Shown: positions 27,890-38,372, numbered from the stretch's first letter. The stretch is 64,000 nt of DNA from an uncultured virus (IMG/VR IMGVR_UViG_3300042446_001322) (IMGVR_UViG_3300042446_001322); one strand, 5' to 3'. Numbers and translations: made by a program. Notes: generated by a model from the sequence alone, not told the origin.

Positions 27890-29506
27890 ATGGCAACTCC
27901 AGTATTAAATAATGGGATTTTCTTGCGTGATACGGCATACAATGCTAGTTCACATGTAGATTCTTACCATTTACAAAACATGCTAAAAGATGCAGAACCA
28001 ATGGATTTAGGTCCGGTAGACTTATGGGCTATGGCTCAAAAAGTTGAAATGCCTTTATACCAGTTATCTTCTTTTGGTGGAAAAAATGTTATCAATGTAG
28101 ATAACGCACGTGGTGAGTATAAATGGCAAACTCCAGTATCAATTGATCTTCCTTACATTGTTGAAGACATTGAGCCAGCAAATTCAGCAAAAGGTATTGA
28201 AGGTACTACTTTCAAGATCAAGTTGAACAAGCGTGAATTTGGACATGGTGATATCATCACTTATGACAAATACAACGGTTGTGAGATGTACATTACTGCT
28301 GAAGACATTTTACCAATTGGTGATGGTTTTATCTATACTGTACAGTTAGTTAACAATGATAACTACAAGTACATTGATAATGCTTATTTAGCTAATGGTA
28401 CTAAAGTATTCCGTAAAGGTTCTGCTAGAGGTGAGTATGGTGAGAGATTCTCAGACATCCAAACTAACACAGGATTCCGTGAGTACTACAACTTTGTTGG
28501 TGGTGCTGAAGCTCACGTTCATTACTCTATCTCTTCTAGAGCAGATTTAATGATCAAAGGTGGTATGAATGCAGATGGTACAGTTCCTGTAACTGAAATC
28601 TGGAGATCTCACTTGAAAGGTTTAGATCCATCTATTTCATCTTTGGATGATATGGTTAAAGTAATGGGTAAAGACTCAGTTAAAAAAGCATTTGACAATG
28701 GTGATTTATCAAGAACTTTCTTGACAAACATGGAAGCTGCTCACTTAACTAAGATTGCATCTGATATTGAGACTTACCTTATGTGGGGACACGGGGGTAG
28801 AGTACGTCAAGACGGACCAGATGATGTAAGATTATCTGTAGGTTTGTGGAAACAGTTAGACAACTCTTTCAAAAGAATTTATAACAAAAATAACTTTAAC
28901 TTGGATTTATTCAGAGGTGAGTTATATAACTTCTTTAATGGTAAAGTTGAATTTCAAGGACCAGATCCTAAACGTCAACTTGTTGTTCAAACAGGTATGG
29001 GTGGTATGCGTATGGTTAATGAAGCAATTAAACAAGAAGCTATTTCTTCAGGTTTATTGATTCAAGCTGCTGATATTGGTGCTATCACTGGTAAAGGTAT
29101 GGACTTAAACTTTGGATTTGCTTACACTTCTTACGTTATTCCATTCTTGGCTAATGTTAAGTTTGTATTGAATCCTGCATTTGATAATGTTCATACTAAT
29201 GATATTGAGAATCCTATTATTGATGGTTTCCCATTATCTTCTTATTCATTCATTATCTTTGATATCACAGATAACACTAATGACAACATTTACATGTTGA
29301 AATTATCTTGGGATAATCAATTGAAATGGTGGTACCAAAATGGTACAATGGATTACATGGGTAGATCTCAAGGATTCCAGTCTTCTGGACAATTCAACGG
29401 ATACCGTGTAATGATGTCTCAAACAATGCCAGCTATTTGGGTTAAAGATCCAACTAAAGTATTGAAAATTGTTATGAGAAATCCAATCACAGGTGGATCA
29501 TTCTAA
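27890..29506 (+). CDS. Major capsid protein
   Basis: 538 aa; position; EYKWQ, VVQTGMGGM, VKFVLNPAFD, IWVKDP motifs like crAss-like MCPs; C-ending codon bias suggests high expression. Confidence 0.88.
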   Translation: MATPVLNNGIFLRDTAYNASSHVDSYHLQNMLKDAEPMDLGPVDLWAMAQKVEMPLYQLSSFGGKNVINVDNARGEYKWQTPVSIDLPYIVEDIEPANSAKGIEGTTFKIKLNKREFGHGDIITYDKYNGCEMYITAEDILPIGDGFIYTVQLVNNDNYKYIDNAYLANGTKVFRKGSARGEYGERFSDIQTNTGFREYYNFVGGAEAHVHYSISSRADLMIKGGMNADGTVPVTEIWRSHLKGLDPSISSLDDMVKVMGKDSVKKAFDNGDLSRTFLTNMEAAHLTKIASDIETYLMWGHGGRVRQDGPDDVRLSVGLWKQLDNSFKRIYNKNNFNLDLFRGELYNFFNGKVEFQGPDPKRQLVVQTGMGGMRMVNEAIKQEAISSGLLIQAADIGAITGKGMDLNFGFAYTSYVIPFLANVKFVLNPAFDNVHTNDIENPIIDGFPLSSYSFIIFDITDNTNDNIYMLKLSWDNQLKWWYQNGTMDYMGRSQGFQSSGQFNGYRVMMSQTMPAIWVKDPTKVLKIVMRNPITGGSF

Positions 29507-29526
29507 TATGTCAAACTAGAAAATAG

Positions 29527-29556
29527 AAAGGGAGGGGATAAAACTCCTCCTTTTTT
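29527..29556 (+). terminator. Intrinsic terminator after MCP
   Basis: aaagggagggg...ctcctcctttttt. Confidence 0.75.
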
Positions 29557-29596
29557 ATTATATTTACAATTATAAACATTTTAAAACCAACACAAA

Positions 29597-30607
29597 ATGG
29601 ATTTTACACACGTAGAAGTATTAAACGTTAACAAGAGTAATAAGATCTCTGTTAAACCTTATTTTGACAACTCAATGTCAAACATGGGATTAGAACATTA
29701 TGGCCAATCATTATTTGATGGTGTTAAACATTATGAGCAATTAGCTTGCTTAGAACAAAATGGAGTAGTAAGATATGTAACAGGATTAAATGAATTTGCT
29801 CCTGAGATTAAATTATTACCAGCAGATGAAAGAATTGCAAAAGTTAGAGAGATCAGAATTGCAGTAGCTGAATTAGAAAAAGAATTAGCAGCTAATGTAG
29901 TAGATATTGATAGCCCAACATTCTGGAATGATATCAAGTTACTTAACCCAAGTAATAAAGAATTTTGGAATAAAATAAATATGTCATGTGGTAATGATCC
30001 AGTATATCTAGATCCTGCTAATCCATATGATAGAATTAAACTATATGCTGTTGAAGCTGGAGGATTTTCTCTTATATCAAGAAGTTATGATGATGCTAGA
30101 TCAAAAGCAGTTCCACCAAAATTTTATTTAGATAAAGTTACAGAAACTAGTGGAATTAAAACTGAATACAAAAAACTTAAAAATAAAGCACTTGCTGAAT
30201 TACAAAAACTATTTGATAAAAATAGTACTAAATTATTCTACATTGCTAAATCTGTTGATACTGCAAGTATACAGTATAAAAAACATACACCTAATGATGT
30301 TATCTATGACAACATGGATAGACATATTAATGGTGAAGGTACAGAAGGAAACAAAGAAAGAGCTGCAAAAGGTTTCTTAGAAGCTGCTGCTTTAGATATG
30401 GAAACATTAAAAATTAAAGCAATTGTCAAAGATTCCATATTTTTTAAGTATATTATTAATAAGTCAGATGGACACATCTATCATACTAAGTCAAATAGTT
30501 TACTTGGTAGAAATGTTGCTGATGTAACTGAGTTCTTAAAAAACCCTTTAAATGAGGATATACTAAAGGATTTAAATGCACAAGTTGAAAAACTGTGGAA
30601 TATGTAA
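29597..30607 (+). CDS. Conserved crAss-like protein downstream of MCP
   Basis: Synteny; LDPANPYD and LGRNVADVTEFLKNPLNEDI motifs. Confidence 0.6.
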   Translation: MDFTHVEVLNVNKSNKISVKPYFDNSMSNMGLEHYGQSLFDGVKHYEQLACLEQNGVVRYVTGLNEFAPEIKLLPADERIAKVREIRIAVAELEKELAANVVDIDSPTFWNDIKLLNPSNKEFWNKINMSCGNDPVYLDPANPYDRIKLYAVEAGGFSLISRSYDDARSKAVPPKFYLDKVTETSGIKTEYKKLKNKALAELQKLFDKNSTKLFYIAKSVDTASIQYKKHTPNDVIYDNMDRHINGEGTEGNKERAAKGFLEAAALDMETLKIKAIVKDSIFFKYIINKSDGHIYHTKSNSLLGRNVADVTEFLKNPLNEDILKDLNAQVEKLWNM

Positions 30608-30617
30608 ATAACTCTAG

Positions 30618-30647
30618 AGTATACCAGTAATTCTGGTATACTTTTTT
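30618..30647 (+). terminator. Intrinsic terminator
   Basis: agtataccag-taatt-ctggtatact plus T-tract. Confidence 0.75.
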
Positions 30648-30659
30648 AAACTATATATC

Positions 30660-30830
30660 ATGGCTAACGCAAAAGTAAATGTACAACAAAGAGCAACAGG
30701 CAGAGTAGGTGGAACCAATTCTCCAGTGTATGCATTAAAAACTCCAGGTGGAAAAACTCCAGGAAAAGTAAACAAACCACAGCCATCTCCTAAGATGAAA
30801 ATGGGAGGTACCAAAGGTAAAAAGTGTTAA
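30660..30830 (+). CDS. Small basic protein, 56 aa, KMKMGG motif (not in ORF track)
   Basis: MANAKVNVQQRATGRVGG...PKMKMGGTKGKKC*. Confidence 0.65.
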   Translation: MANAKVNVQQRATGRVGGTNSPVYALKTPGGKTPGKVNKPQPSPKMKMGGTKGKKC

Positions 30831-30850
30831 TAATATTAAAATAAATTATT

Positions 30851-31480
30851 ATGGCAAAGATAGGATGTGCTAAATGTGGAGGCACTAAAAAAATGGCATT
30901 AGGAGGATCTGCAGTAAAAAAAGCTCCAGTACAATTATATGGTATACCTCAAGAAAATATGGGGACTTCTTCTCAAATGGGATTTGGTAGAAAAGGCGGA
31001 TCAGTAAATATAAATAAAAAAACAAATGACATGACTAAAGTTAAAAAAATGCAAGTAGGTGGAATGAGTACAACTCCTAAAATGAGTACAACTCCTAAAA
31101 AACCTGTAGTTAAAAAAACAGTTGTACAAAAGAAAACAACAGTTCCAAGAAAAATAATTGACAGTTATATTCCAATGGGTGGTCCTGATAGATTACTGAA
31201 AAAACCAACAATGGCTAAGAAAGGTGGAACAGTAAATAAAATGCAAGCTGGTGGAACAAGTTCTACAAAAACAAATATGTTTGGTAAAACTAAAAATGTT
31301 TCTGAAAAAGAAGCTATGGAAAAAGTTACAAAATATGCTAATAAACCTGGCAGTACAGTAAAAAGTACAACAAATGGTACTGAAAAAACATATGTAACAA
31401 AACCTAGAGCAAATTCTAACAGATCTGTAACAACTACATTTAAAAAAATGGGTGGAGTTACTAAATCTAAAAAGAAATAG
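30851..31480 (+). CDS. Lys-rich protein with repeated MxxGG motifs
   Basis: KMALGG, GRKGG, KMQVGG, MAKKGG, KMQAGG, KKMGG. Confidence 0.7.
   Translation: MAKIGCAKCGGTKKMALGGSAVKKAPVQLYGIPQENMGTSSQMGFGRKGGSVNINKKTNDMTKVKKMQVGGMSTTPKMSTTPKKPVVKKTVVQKKTTVPRKIIDSYIPMGGPDRLLKKPTMAKKGGTVNKMQAGGTSSTKTNMFGKTKNVSEKEAMEKVTKYANKPGSTVKSTTNGTEKTYVTKPRANSNRSVTTTFKKMGGVTKSKKK
31063..31098 (+). repeat. Perfect 18-nt tandem duplication
   Basis: aatgagtacaactcctaa x2 (MSTTPK x2). Confidence 0.9.
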
Positions 31481-31482
31481 TC

Positions 31483-31860
31483 ATGGCTAATACTAATAGA
31501 GCAGTTAAGACTTCTTGCAAAAATACTAAAGTAAGAACTGCTTCTGGTGCATGTGCTCCTGAAAGAAAACCTATGATGAAATCTGGTGGAACTAGTCCAT
31601 TTGGTATTTTATCTATTATAGCGGGTATAGATAATAATCCTAAACCAACTGCTGCTGATAGAATTTCTGGAGCTAAAATGAAAAATAAAAAAATGGCCAA
31701 AGGAGGTACTGCTCATCCAGGTTTTAAATCAGTACAATCTAGTATTGCTGCTAAACAAGGAATTAGTAAACAAGCTGCTGGAGCTATATTAGCTGCATCA
31801 ACTAGAAAAGCTAGTGCTAAAGCTAAAGCTGCAAATCCTAGACTTAAAAAAGTAAAATAA
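31483..31860 (+). CDS. Basic protein with MKSGG/MAKGG motifs
   Basis: C-terminal HPGFKSVQ...AGAILAASTRKAS...NPRLKKVK module. Confidence 0.7.
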   Translation: MANTNRAVKTSCKNTKVRTASGACAPERKPMMKSGGTSPFGILSIIAGIDNNPKPTAADRISGAKMKNKKMAKGGTAHPGFKSVQSSIAAKQGISKQAAGAILAASTRKASAKAKAANPRLKKVK

Positions 31861-31865
31861 TTGTT

Positions 31866-32204
31866 ATGCCAAAAGATGCATGTTATTCTAAAGTAAAAGC
31901 ACAGTATGCTGTGTTTCCTTCAGCAAGAGCTTCTCAAGCTATTGCTAAATGTAGGAAAGGTTCTGGTGTTGTTAAAAAAACAAAAGCTGGGACAGACTTA
32001 AAAAGATGGCAAGCAGAAAAGTGGCAAGATACAAAATCAGGAAAAGCTTGTGGGGCTGGTGGTAAAAATGAATACTGCCGGCCAACCAAGAAAGTATCTA
32101 AGGATACACCTAAAACTAAGTATGAACTTACTCCTTCTAAACTAGCTGCAAAGAAAGCTGAAAAGTCTAAAGTAGGTATGGGTAGAAGAGTTAAAAATGT
32201 ATAG
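31866..32204 (+). CDS. Basic Cys-containing protein (DUF5872-like)
   Basis: LKRWQAEKWQD...CG...YCRP...TPKT. Confidence 0.6.
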   Translation: MPKDACYSKVKAQYAVFPSARASQAIAKCRKGSGVVKKTKAGTDLKRWQAEKWQDTKSGKACGAGGKNEYCRPTKKVSKDTPKTKYELTPSKLAAKKAEKSKVGMGRRVKNV

Positions 32205-32206
32205 TC

Positions 32207-32716
32207 ATGGCAAATAAAGTTAAACTTACTATAGGTACTGAAAAGCATGTAGTATATAAAAAGACTACTAAAAGAGGTGAAGGTAAAGTTGGTGATATTA
32301 TGGTGAATCATACAAATAAAAATAAAGGTTCATATGATACTATTAGCTTAACTAGAACTGCTAAAGCTAAAACTGTTGCTCAAGGTGTTAAAGCTGAAAA
32401 GGATTGGCACAAAAAGAATGATAAAATGCCCAAAATGAAAAGTGGAGGTAGTACTCCTGCTTGGACACGTAAGGAAGGTAAAAATCAAACAGGTGGTTTA
32501 AATGCTAAAGGAGTAGCAAGTTATAGAGCTGCTAATCCTGGAAGTAAACTTAAGATGGCTGTTACTACTAAACCTTCTAAGTTAGATCCTGATAGTAAAG
32601 ATGCTAAGAGACGCAAGAGCTTCTGTAGTAGAATGTCAGGGATGCCAGGTCCTGCTAAAAAACCAAATGGAGAACCAACAAGAAAAACTCTTGCTTTGAG
32701 AAAGTGGAATTGTTAA
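32207..32716 (+). CDS. Basic protein with C-terminal DUF6321-like domain
   Basis: After KMKSGG: AWTRKEGKN..GGLNAKG...RRKSFCSRM...LRKWNC. Confidence 0.65.
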   Translation: MANKVKLTIGTEKHVVYKKTTKRGEGKVGDIMVNHTNKNKGSYDTISLTRTAKAKTVAQGVKAEKDWHKKNDKMPKMKSGGSTPAWTRKEGKNQTGGLNAKGVASYRAANPGSKLKMAVTTKPSKLDPDSKDAKRRKSFCSRMSGMPGPAKKPNGEPTRKTLALRKWNC

Positions 32717-32728
32717 AATTTATATATT

Positions 32729-33406
32729 ATGAAAAAAATGCAAACAGGTGGTGCAAAAAAAACAGTTAAAAAAGTTGATGATAAAACATCATTTAAAGCT
32801 GGATTTAAAACTACTCCAATACCTCAAGCTTATAAAGCAGTTGGTAAAATGGCAAAGAATGTTGATGATGCAATTGAAAAAAGATATCCTAATTATACAG
32901 GTCCAACATCTTTTTATGCTGGACTTAAATCTGGAGCAAAAACTTTACTTGGATATAAAAAAGGTGGAGTAACTAAAGAACATCCAATAACTGCATTTAG
33001 AAAAGCTAATGAAGCTAGAGATGTAGTAGTTAAATCTTCTATGAAAAAAATGCAGACTGGCGGTGTTAAAATAAAAGAATCTAGTAAAGATGCTTATTAT
33101 AAAAATAATACTCAAAATTTTAAAGAATATAAAGCTACAACAGATGGTACTGTAAAAAGTACAAGAAAAACTTTTCCTGATGTTTCATCAAAACCTGCTA
33201 TGGAAACTACACAATCTATGGATACTACAGGATATGCAAAAGGTAAAAAGTCTTTTAAGTTAACAAACTCATCTGTAGATTTAATTGATAAAAAAGTATA
33301 TGGTGCTAAACCAAAAGTAACTGTAAAAAATATATCTAGAAATGATGTTAAAAAAGTTATTGGTGGTATGAAAAGCAATATTGGTAATGCTTCTAAAAAA
33401 AAATAA
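32729..33406 (+). CDS. Lys-rich protein with KMQTGG repeats
   Basis: MKKMQTGG twice, YKKGG once. Confidence 0.7.
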   Translation: MKKMQTGGAKKTVKKVDDKTSFKAGFKTTPIPQAYKAVGKMAKNVDDAIEKRYPNYTGPTSFYAGLKSGAKTLLGYKKGGVTKEHPITAFRKANEARDVVVKSSMKKMQTGGVKIKESSKDAYYKNNTQNFKEYKATTDGTVKSTRKTFPDVSSKPAMETTQSMDTTGYAKGKKSFKLTNSSVDLIDKKVYGAKPKVTVKNISRNDVKKVIGGMKSNIGNASKKK

Positions 33407-33409
33407 CAG

Positions 33410-34108
33410 ATGCTTAATAGTACTATAGTTATAAAAGTAAAACAACGTCTTAACAAATTGGACAGCCAAGACTATGACAACATTGAATGTTGGCAAGTAG
33501 TAGAGTCTTTTAATAAGGCCCAAGTTGAATGGATCAGAAGACAACTTCATGGTATCAATATTGTAAAAGAAGGTGATGAGCAGTCTACTAGAAGAATAGA
33601 TGACTTACAAATATTACTAGATACTATTAGCGTACCATTTGTTAAATCTGATATATCTTCTTATTCTGATTTACCTCCTGATTATTTACAATGGAAACGT
33701 GTAGATATTCAAGCTAAAAAAGGATGTTGTGATGATAGAAGAATGTCAGTGTATCTTGCAGAAGAGGGCAACTTAAATCAATTACTATTTGATAATGCTA
33801 AAAAACCTAGTTTTGAGTGGGCTGAAACATTTGCAACTTTAAAAAATAATAGAGTCAATGTGTATACAAATAATGATTTTGATATTAGTTCTGGTAGTCT
33901 TACATATTATAGACAACCAATAAAAATCCAGATACAAGGATGTATAGATCCTTACACTAGTGTAGAAACTATTACAAATGTAAATTGTGAATTTAAAGAT
34001 GATATAGTTGAATTACTAATTGATGAAGCAGTTAGTATACTTGCTGGTGATATTGAATCAGGTAATCAATTCTCTAGAGGAACAGAAACAGCAGAAAGAA
34101 ACAATTAA
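33410..34108 (+). CDS. Putative tail ring/head-tail connector protein
   Basis: FNKAQ, RRIDDLQIL, LPPDY, YYRQP, LIDEAV pattern of podovirus-type adaptors; synteny. Confidence 0.65.
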   Translation: MLNSTIVIKVKQRLNKLDSQDYDNIECWQVVESFNKAQVEWIRRQLHGINIVKEGDEQSTRRIDDLQILLDTISVPFVKSDISSYSDLPPDYLQWKRVDIQAKKGCCDDRRMSVYLAEEGNLNQLLFDNAKKPSFEWAETFATLKNNRVNVYTNNDFDISSGSLTYYRQPIKIQIQGCIDPYTSVETITNVNCEFKDDIVELLIDEAVSILAGDIESGNQFSRGTETAERNN

Positions 34109-34119
34109 TATTTATTATA

Positions 34120-34617
34120 ATGGAACAAAACAGAATGTTAAAAAGAAATCCTGATACTACAAAAATCAGTAGACCTCAATTTAAAATTGAAGAAGTTAAA
34201 CCTCAACCTACTAAAAATGCAAGTGTAGGTGGTAGTTCACTAGATACAATGGTTTCAGCATGTGCTACTGAATTAATGAATGCAAGAACAAGTATTCACA
34301 AGTTGCATTTAAAAGTAACAGGAGAAGGATCATTTGCTGCACATAAAGCATTAAATGAATTATATGATGCTTTACCTGATCATGCAGATACTCTTATAGA
34401 AGGATATCAAGGAGCAGCTGAAAAAATTCTTTCTTATAGTGAAGTGGCTCCAAGAACTCTTGATACTGTAGCAGACGGTGTAAATTATCTTAGAGATATT
34501 TATGCAATGATAAATAAATTACAAGGTATGTTACCTTATTCAGAAATAGTAAATAACTTAGATCTTGTTAAAGATAGTATTAACTCAACCAAATATAAAT
34601 TATTATTCTTGAAATAA
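34120..34617 (+). CDS. Ferritin/Dps-like protein
   Basis: HKLHLKVTG..SFAAHKALNELYD...DTLIEGYQG...KYKL. Confidence 0.8.
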   Translation: MEQNRMLKRNPDTTKISRPQFKIEEVKPQPTKNASVGGSSLDTMVSACATELMNARTSIHKLHLKVTGEGSFAAHKALNELYDALPDHADTLIEGYQGAAEKILSYSEVAPRTLDTVADGVNYLRDIYAMINKLQGMLPYSEIVNNLDLVKDSINSTKYKLLFLK

Positions 34618-34680
34618 TTTTGTAAATAGAAATTATTTTATTATATTATATATATATTTATTAATTAAAATTAAATTATT

Positions 34681-35997
34681 ATGGCTTATTTTAATCATGC
34701 CTTTCAAAAGGCTTTTGTTGGAACACAAGGTTTTACAGGTCTTGGTGAAGGACAATTAGGAACACCAGGTAACATTCTTACTACAGGTGATTTTGCATTT
34801 GTTGATCCAAAAACTTGGGAAGTTCTTGCTATTGATGCACCTCCTACAGGATGTTGCCCATTAATTCTTGCTTCAGGATCTTTGTATTCTAAAGATAAGA
34901 TTGGTTCTCACGGTGGATATTTAGAATCTAATAAATCTAAAATCATCAACCCTAAGTATGTTAATAGATTCTACAGAGTAGATCCTAACATTGCTCAACA
35001 AAATGTTATCAACATTGGGTTCACACCTTTTACTGCTGAAGATGGTGGTACTTGTGAAAGAGAATTTTTATGTGATGAGACTTACTCTTTACGTATTGAC
35101 GTTAAAGGTTCTCCTGCATTAAGATTTTTAAATCACAATGCTTACTTAACTGTTGATGCTTACACAGGATGTTGTCCTGCAGGAGCACTTGCTCCAACTC
35201 CAGTAGATGGTACTTTAGTTATGATCCAATGGGCTCAAGCAATTGTTGGTGAGATTTTACCTAATACAATTGTTAGTTCAGCAAGAACAGTAATTTCTCC
35301 ATTTGTATTGCCAGTAGTTACTGCTGAAGATAATTCTTTATGGTATGCTCCAGGAACTGATACAACAGGTTTTGTTGCTCCAGTTGGTTATACAATTGGT
35401 GGTACTTGGGATAACTATGTATCTCCAGGACATACTCCAGGTGAATACGCAGGTATTACTTTATTTGGTGCTTATGTTGGAACAGACTTCAGTGACTGTA
35501 CATTTCAAACTTCTGATTTCTTTGAAAAAGAACCAGTTAAGTTGTATGCTTCTTTAGTAGATTACAATGGTGCTCCATGTGAATTTGAAGGATTATGTGT
35601 TGTTACTGAGTGTGCAGGTTTACAAGCAATGGGTCTTGGTGAATCAGTTGCTAGAGATGTAATCTTGTCAGAAAGATATAGACAAAACTTCTTTGCTACT
35701 GATCTTAGAATAAGAGAGGTAACTCAAGGAAATGAAATCTTGAATACTATTAACAGAACTGCATTCTATACAAGATATTACTTGCAACATTCAGTTCCAC
35801 GTTTCAATAACCCAACTGGTACATTTGATAATGATCAATACTTATTAGAAGTTATTACAACTGGTATTGATTTAGATTTTGAAAAATTTGTTGATGAGTG
35901 GATTCTTGCATGTGGTAACTGTATTGAATTAGAAGTAGTAGAAGCTATTACAGCTTGTACTCCACTTATTCCATTGGAAGCTGCACTTATTCCATAA
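34681..35997 (+). CDS. Abundant structural protein (putative auxiliary capsid protein)
   Basis: Own promoter-like box (34642) and terminator; crAss-like synteny. Confidence 0.55.
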   Translation: MAYFNHAFQKAFVGTQGFTGLGEGQLGTPGNILTTGDFAFVDPKTWEVLAIDAPPTGCCPLILASGSLYSKDKIGSHGGYLESNKSKIINPKYVNRFYRVDPNIAQQNVINIGFTPFTAEDGGTCEREFLCDETYSLRIDVKGSPALRFLNHNAYLTVDAYTGCCPAGALAPTPVDGTLVMIQWAQAIVGEILPNTIVSSARTVISPFVLPVVTAEDNSLWYAPGTDTTGFVAPVGYTIGGTWDNYVSPGHTPGEYAGITLFGAYVGTDFSDCTFQTSDFFEKEPVKLYASLVDYNGAPCEFEGLCVVTECAGLQAMGLGESVARDVILSERYRQNFFATDLRIREVTQGNEILNTINRTAFYTRYYLQHSVPRFNNPTGTFDNDQYLLEVITTGIDLDFEKFVDEWILACGNCIELEVVEAITACTPLIPLEAALIP

Positions 35998-36022
35998 GTA
36001 GTACAAAATTATATTACTAACA

Positions 36023-36056
36023 AAGGGAGGTGAATTTATTTTCCCTCCCTTTTTTT
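36023..36056 (+). terminator. Intrinsic terminator
   Basis: aagggagg...cctcccttttttt. Confidence 0.75.
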
Positions 36057-36066
36057 ATAAATTATT

Positions 36067-36612
36067 ATGGCACATCATTTATTAAGTTTAGAAGTACCTA
36101 CTGTAATGAATACTTGTATAATATCAGTATTAGATACAAGTATTTATTCTCCATTGATGCCCGTATCATGTCCTACATTAAATGTAACTGTACCTGGATT
36201 TAATTATTCAACTCAACTTACAACAGTGCAAGGTGCAAACACAATTCTTACAGCATGTGATTTACAATTACAAACTCAAGGATGTGATGGTACAACATTT
36301 AGTGATTTACCAGATGGTATATATGTTATTAAATATAGTGTGTCACCTAATGATACAGTATTTGTAATATATAACCATTTAAGAATTACAAGAGCATTAA
36401 ATATTTATAATAATATTTTATGTAAATTAGATCTTGCTGCGTGTGAACCACCTGCAAGTATTCAAAAGAAATTAGAGATATTGAAGATGGCTAAGATGTA
36501 CTTGGATGCTGCAAAAGCAAAAGTAGAATTTTGTCATGAACCAACTCACGGAATGACCTTATATAATTATGCATTAAAGATAATGCGTAAGATAGAATGT
36601 AAAAATTGTTAA
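36067..36612 (+). CDS. Putative tail hub/structural protein
   Basis: LPDGIYVIKYSV Ig-like motif plus helical Cys-containing tail. Confidence 0.55.
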   Translation: MAHHLLSLEVPTVMNTCIISVLDTSIYSPLMPVSCPTLNVTVPGFNYSTQLTTVQGANTILTACDLQLQTQGCDGTTFSDLPDGIYVIKYSVSPNDTVFVIYNHLRITRALNIYNNILCKLDLAACEPPASIQKKLEILKMAKMYLDAAKAKVEFCHEPTHGMTLYNYALKIMRKIECKNC

Positions 36613-36631
36613 ACCATTAAAAACCAACAAG

Positions 36632-36769
36632 ATGGCAAAATGTTCAAACTGCAGTAGAAATTTATCATGTGGCTGTCAAAAAAGAGTTGCATCAAATAAA
36701 GCACAGGTATGTACAAACTGTATTTCAGCTTATGAAATGAAGCTTAAGCAATTACAACCAAAAAAATAA
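36632..36769 (+). CDS. 45-aa Cys-rich protein (not in ORF track)
   Basis: MAKCSNCSRNLSCGCQKRVASNKAQVCTNC...; AAACCAACAA leader. Confidence 0.65.
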   Translation: MAKCSNCSRNLSCGCQKRVASNKAQVCTNCISAYEMKLKQLQPKK

Positions 36770-36774
36770 TTAAG

Positions 36775-38337
36775 ATGGCAATATATAAGTTATATAATTG
36801 TGAGAATGATGAAATAATATATACGGATACTGCTAATTGTCCTTCATGTAGTGCATATATTAATAAATTAATGCCAACTAATGGTTTATCACTTCCTTGT
36901 TGGTATGTAACAATAGTAGATGTTCCAGTATATCCATTAGCTTTAGTTGGACCAAGTGAAGGAACATGTAGACCTTGTGAAACTAAATGTTATACAATTA
37001 CTGGTATAGGCAATGTAACTTATATTAATTATTCTAGTCAACTTATAGAAGATACTATTCCAACAAGAATATGTTCAAAGTCATATCCAGATGCTGTAGG
37101 CACTGATATTATTATTACAATGGGTGAACCATGTGTAGAAGTTCCTAATGATAAACTACTTATATGTTCAGATGTATGTTATGAATTAACTAATTGTAAA
37201 ACAGATGAGATAATAAATTCTAATTCACAAGAATTAGCATTTCCATATTCACTTAGTGAAACTGTTACACTTGCTGAATTTGAAGGATGTTGGACAATAT
37301 CAATTGCAGAGGTATGTACATCTCCTATTCCTGTAACAGTACTTATTACATATACAGATTGTATAGACTGTCTTCCTGTGATTAATTACAGATTAGAATC
37401 ATGTGATCCAGCTAGTGACTTTGTATTATATACATCAGAAGACTTATCAACATATGTTGATAGGATAGTAACTCTTGATGAATATGAAGGGTGTTTTTAT
37501 GTGACTATATATGTTGGTGAAGTACCTTCTCCAGTAATAGCAACAGTATCTCTTGCTTATGATACATGTCAAGAATGTACTGTAACAAGATATGCAGTAA
37601 TAGATTGTGAAGGCATAGCTCCAACAGTATACACAACTACTGATTTATCTGCATACTTAACATCTATTATTAAACTTAAATTTTGTCCTGAGTCATGTTA
37701 CTATGTTGAAGAAACTGATATAAATACTTCAGATGATTTAGTTGTAGTAGATGAAGTATATGAGTCATGTGAAGAATGTTTAACTAATACAGTATGTTTC
37801 TGTAGTACAATAACTAATAATAGTACTGCAACTGCAACTTTTTCATTTAAAGATTGTGATAATGTAACTAAATCAATTACATTAGCAGCAGGAGCTACTA
37901 GTGTAAAGTTTTGTGTATTAAAATGGATATATCCTTTAGACTGGGATCTTCCTAAAATATTTACTGATAATGGTCCATGTGTAGATAATAGATGTCCAGC
38001 AGATGTTCCTTTTAAAAGTGTAAGACCAGGATATAATTCTCCAGCATGTTCAACTGAATACTATGAAAGAATAGCTTGTTCATACTCTCATATCTTATAT
38101 AAAGACGTTATAGCACAAAGATATGGTATTGCTCCATGTTGTCCGGAAGATGACTTGTATAGACTTGATATTAAATTTCAGTTATTAGAGTTACAAGCAA
38201 TTATGAATCCTGATTATGTATGCAGACCTTTCCAAGATTGTTGTACACATAATACAGGTTGCGGATGTGGATGTAATACTCCTAATACTAATAGTTGTCA
38301 ACAAACTATAAATTGTGGTTGCGGTTGCAATTCTTAA
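36775..38337 (+). CDS. Cys-rich tandem-domain structural protein
   Basis: Repeated YxLxxC...YT..DLS.Y...GC.Y...YxxCxEC units; CGCGC tail. Confidence 0.6.
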   Translation: MAIYKLYNCENDEIIYTDTANCPSCSAYINKLMPTNGLSLPCWYVTIVDVPVYPLALVGPSEGTCRPCETKCYTITGIGNVTYINYSSQLIEDTIPTRICSKSYPDAVGTDIIITMGEPCVEVPNDKLLICSDVCYELTNCKTDEIINSNSQELAFPYSLSETVTLAEFEGCWTISIAEVCTSPIPVTVLITYTDCIDCLPVINYRLESCDPASDFVLYTSEDLSTYVDRIVTLDEYEGCFYVTIYVGEVPSPVIATVSLAYDTCQECTVTRYAVIDCEGIAPTVYTTTDLSAYLTSIIKLKFCPESCYYVEETDINTSDDLVVVDEVYESCEECLTNTVCFCSTITNNSTATATFSFKDCDNVTKSITLAAGATSVKFCVLKWIYPLDWDLPKIFTDNGPCVDNRCPADVPFKSVRPGYNSPACSTEYYERIACSYSHILYKDVIAQRYGIAPCCPEDDLYRLDIKFQLLELQAIMNPDYVCRPFQDCCTHNTGCGCGCNTPNTNSCQQTINCGCGCNS

Positions 38338-38372
38338 TTAAAATTGTTATATTATAAATAGATACTAAAGAT

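Noticed and set aside
21523..29506. Introns or inteins in TerL, portal or MCP
   Set aside because: ORFs are continuous, of plausible length, with no intein or homing endonuclease motifs recognised
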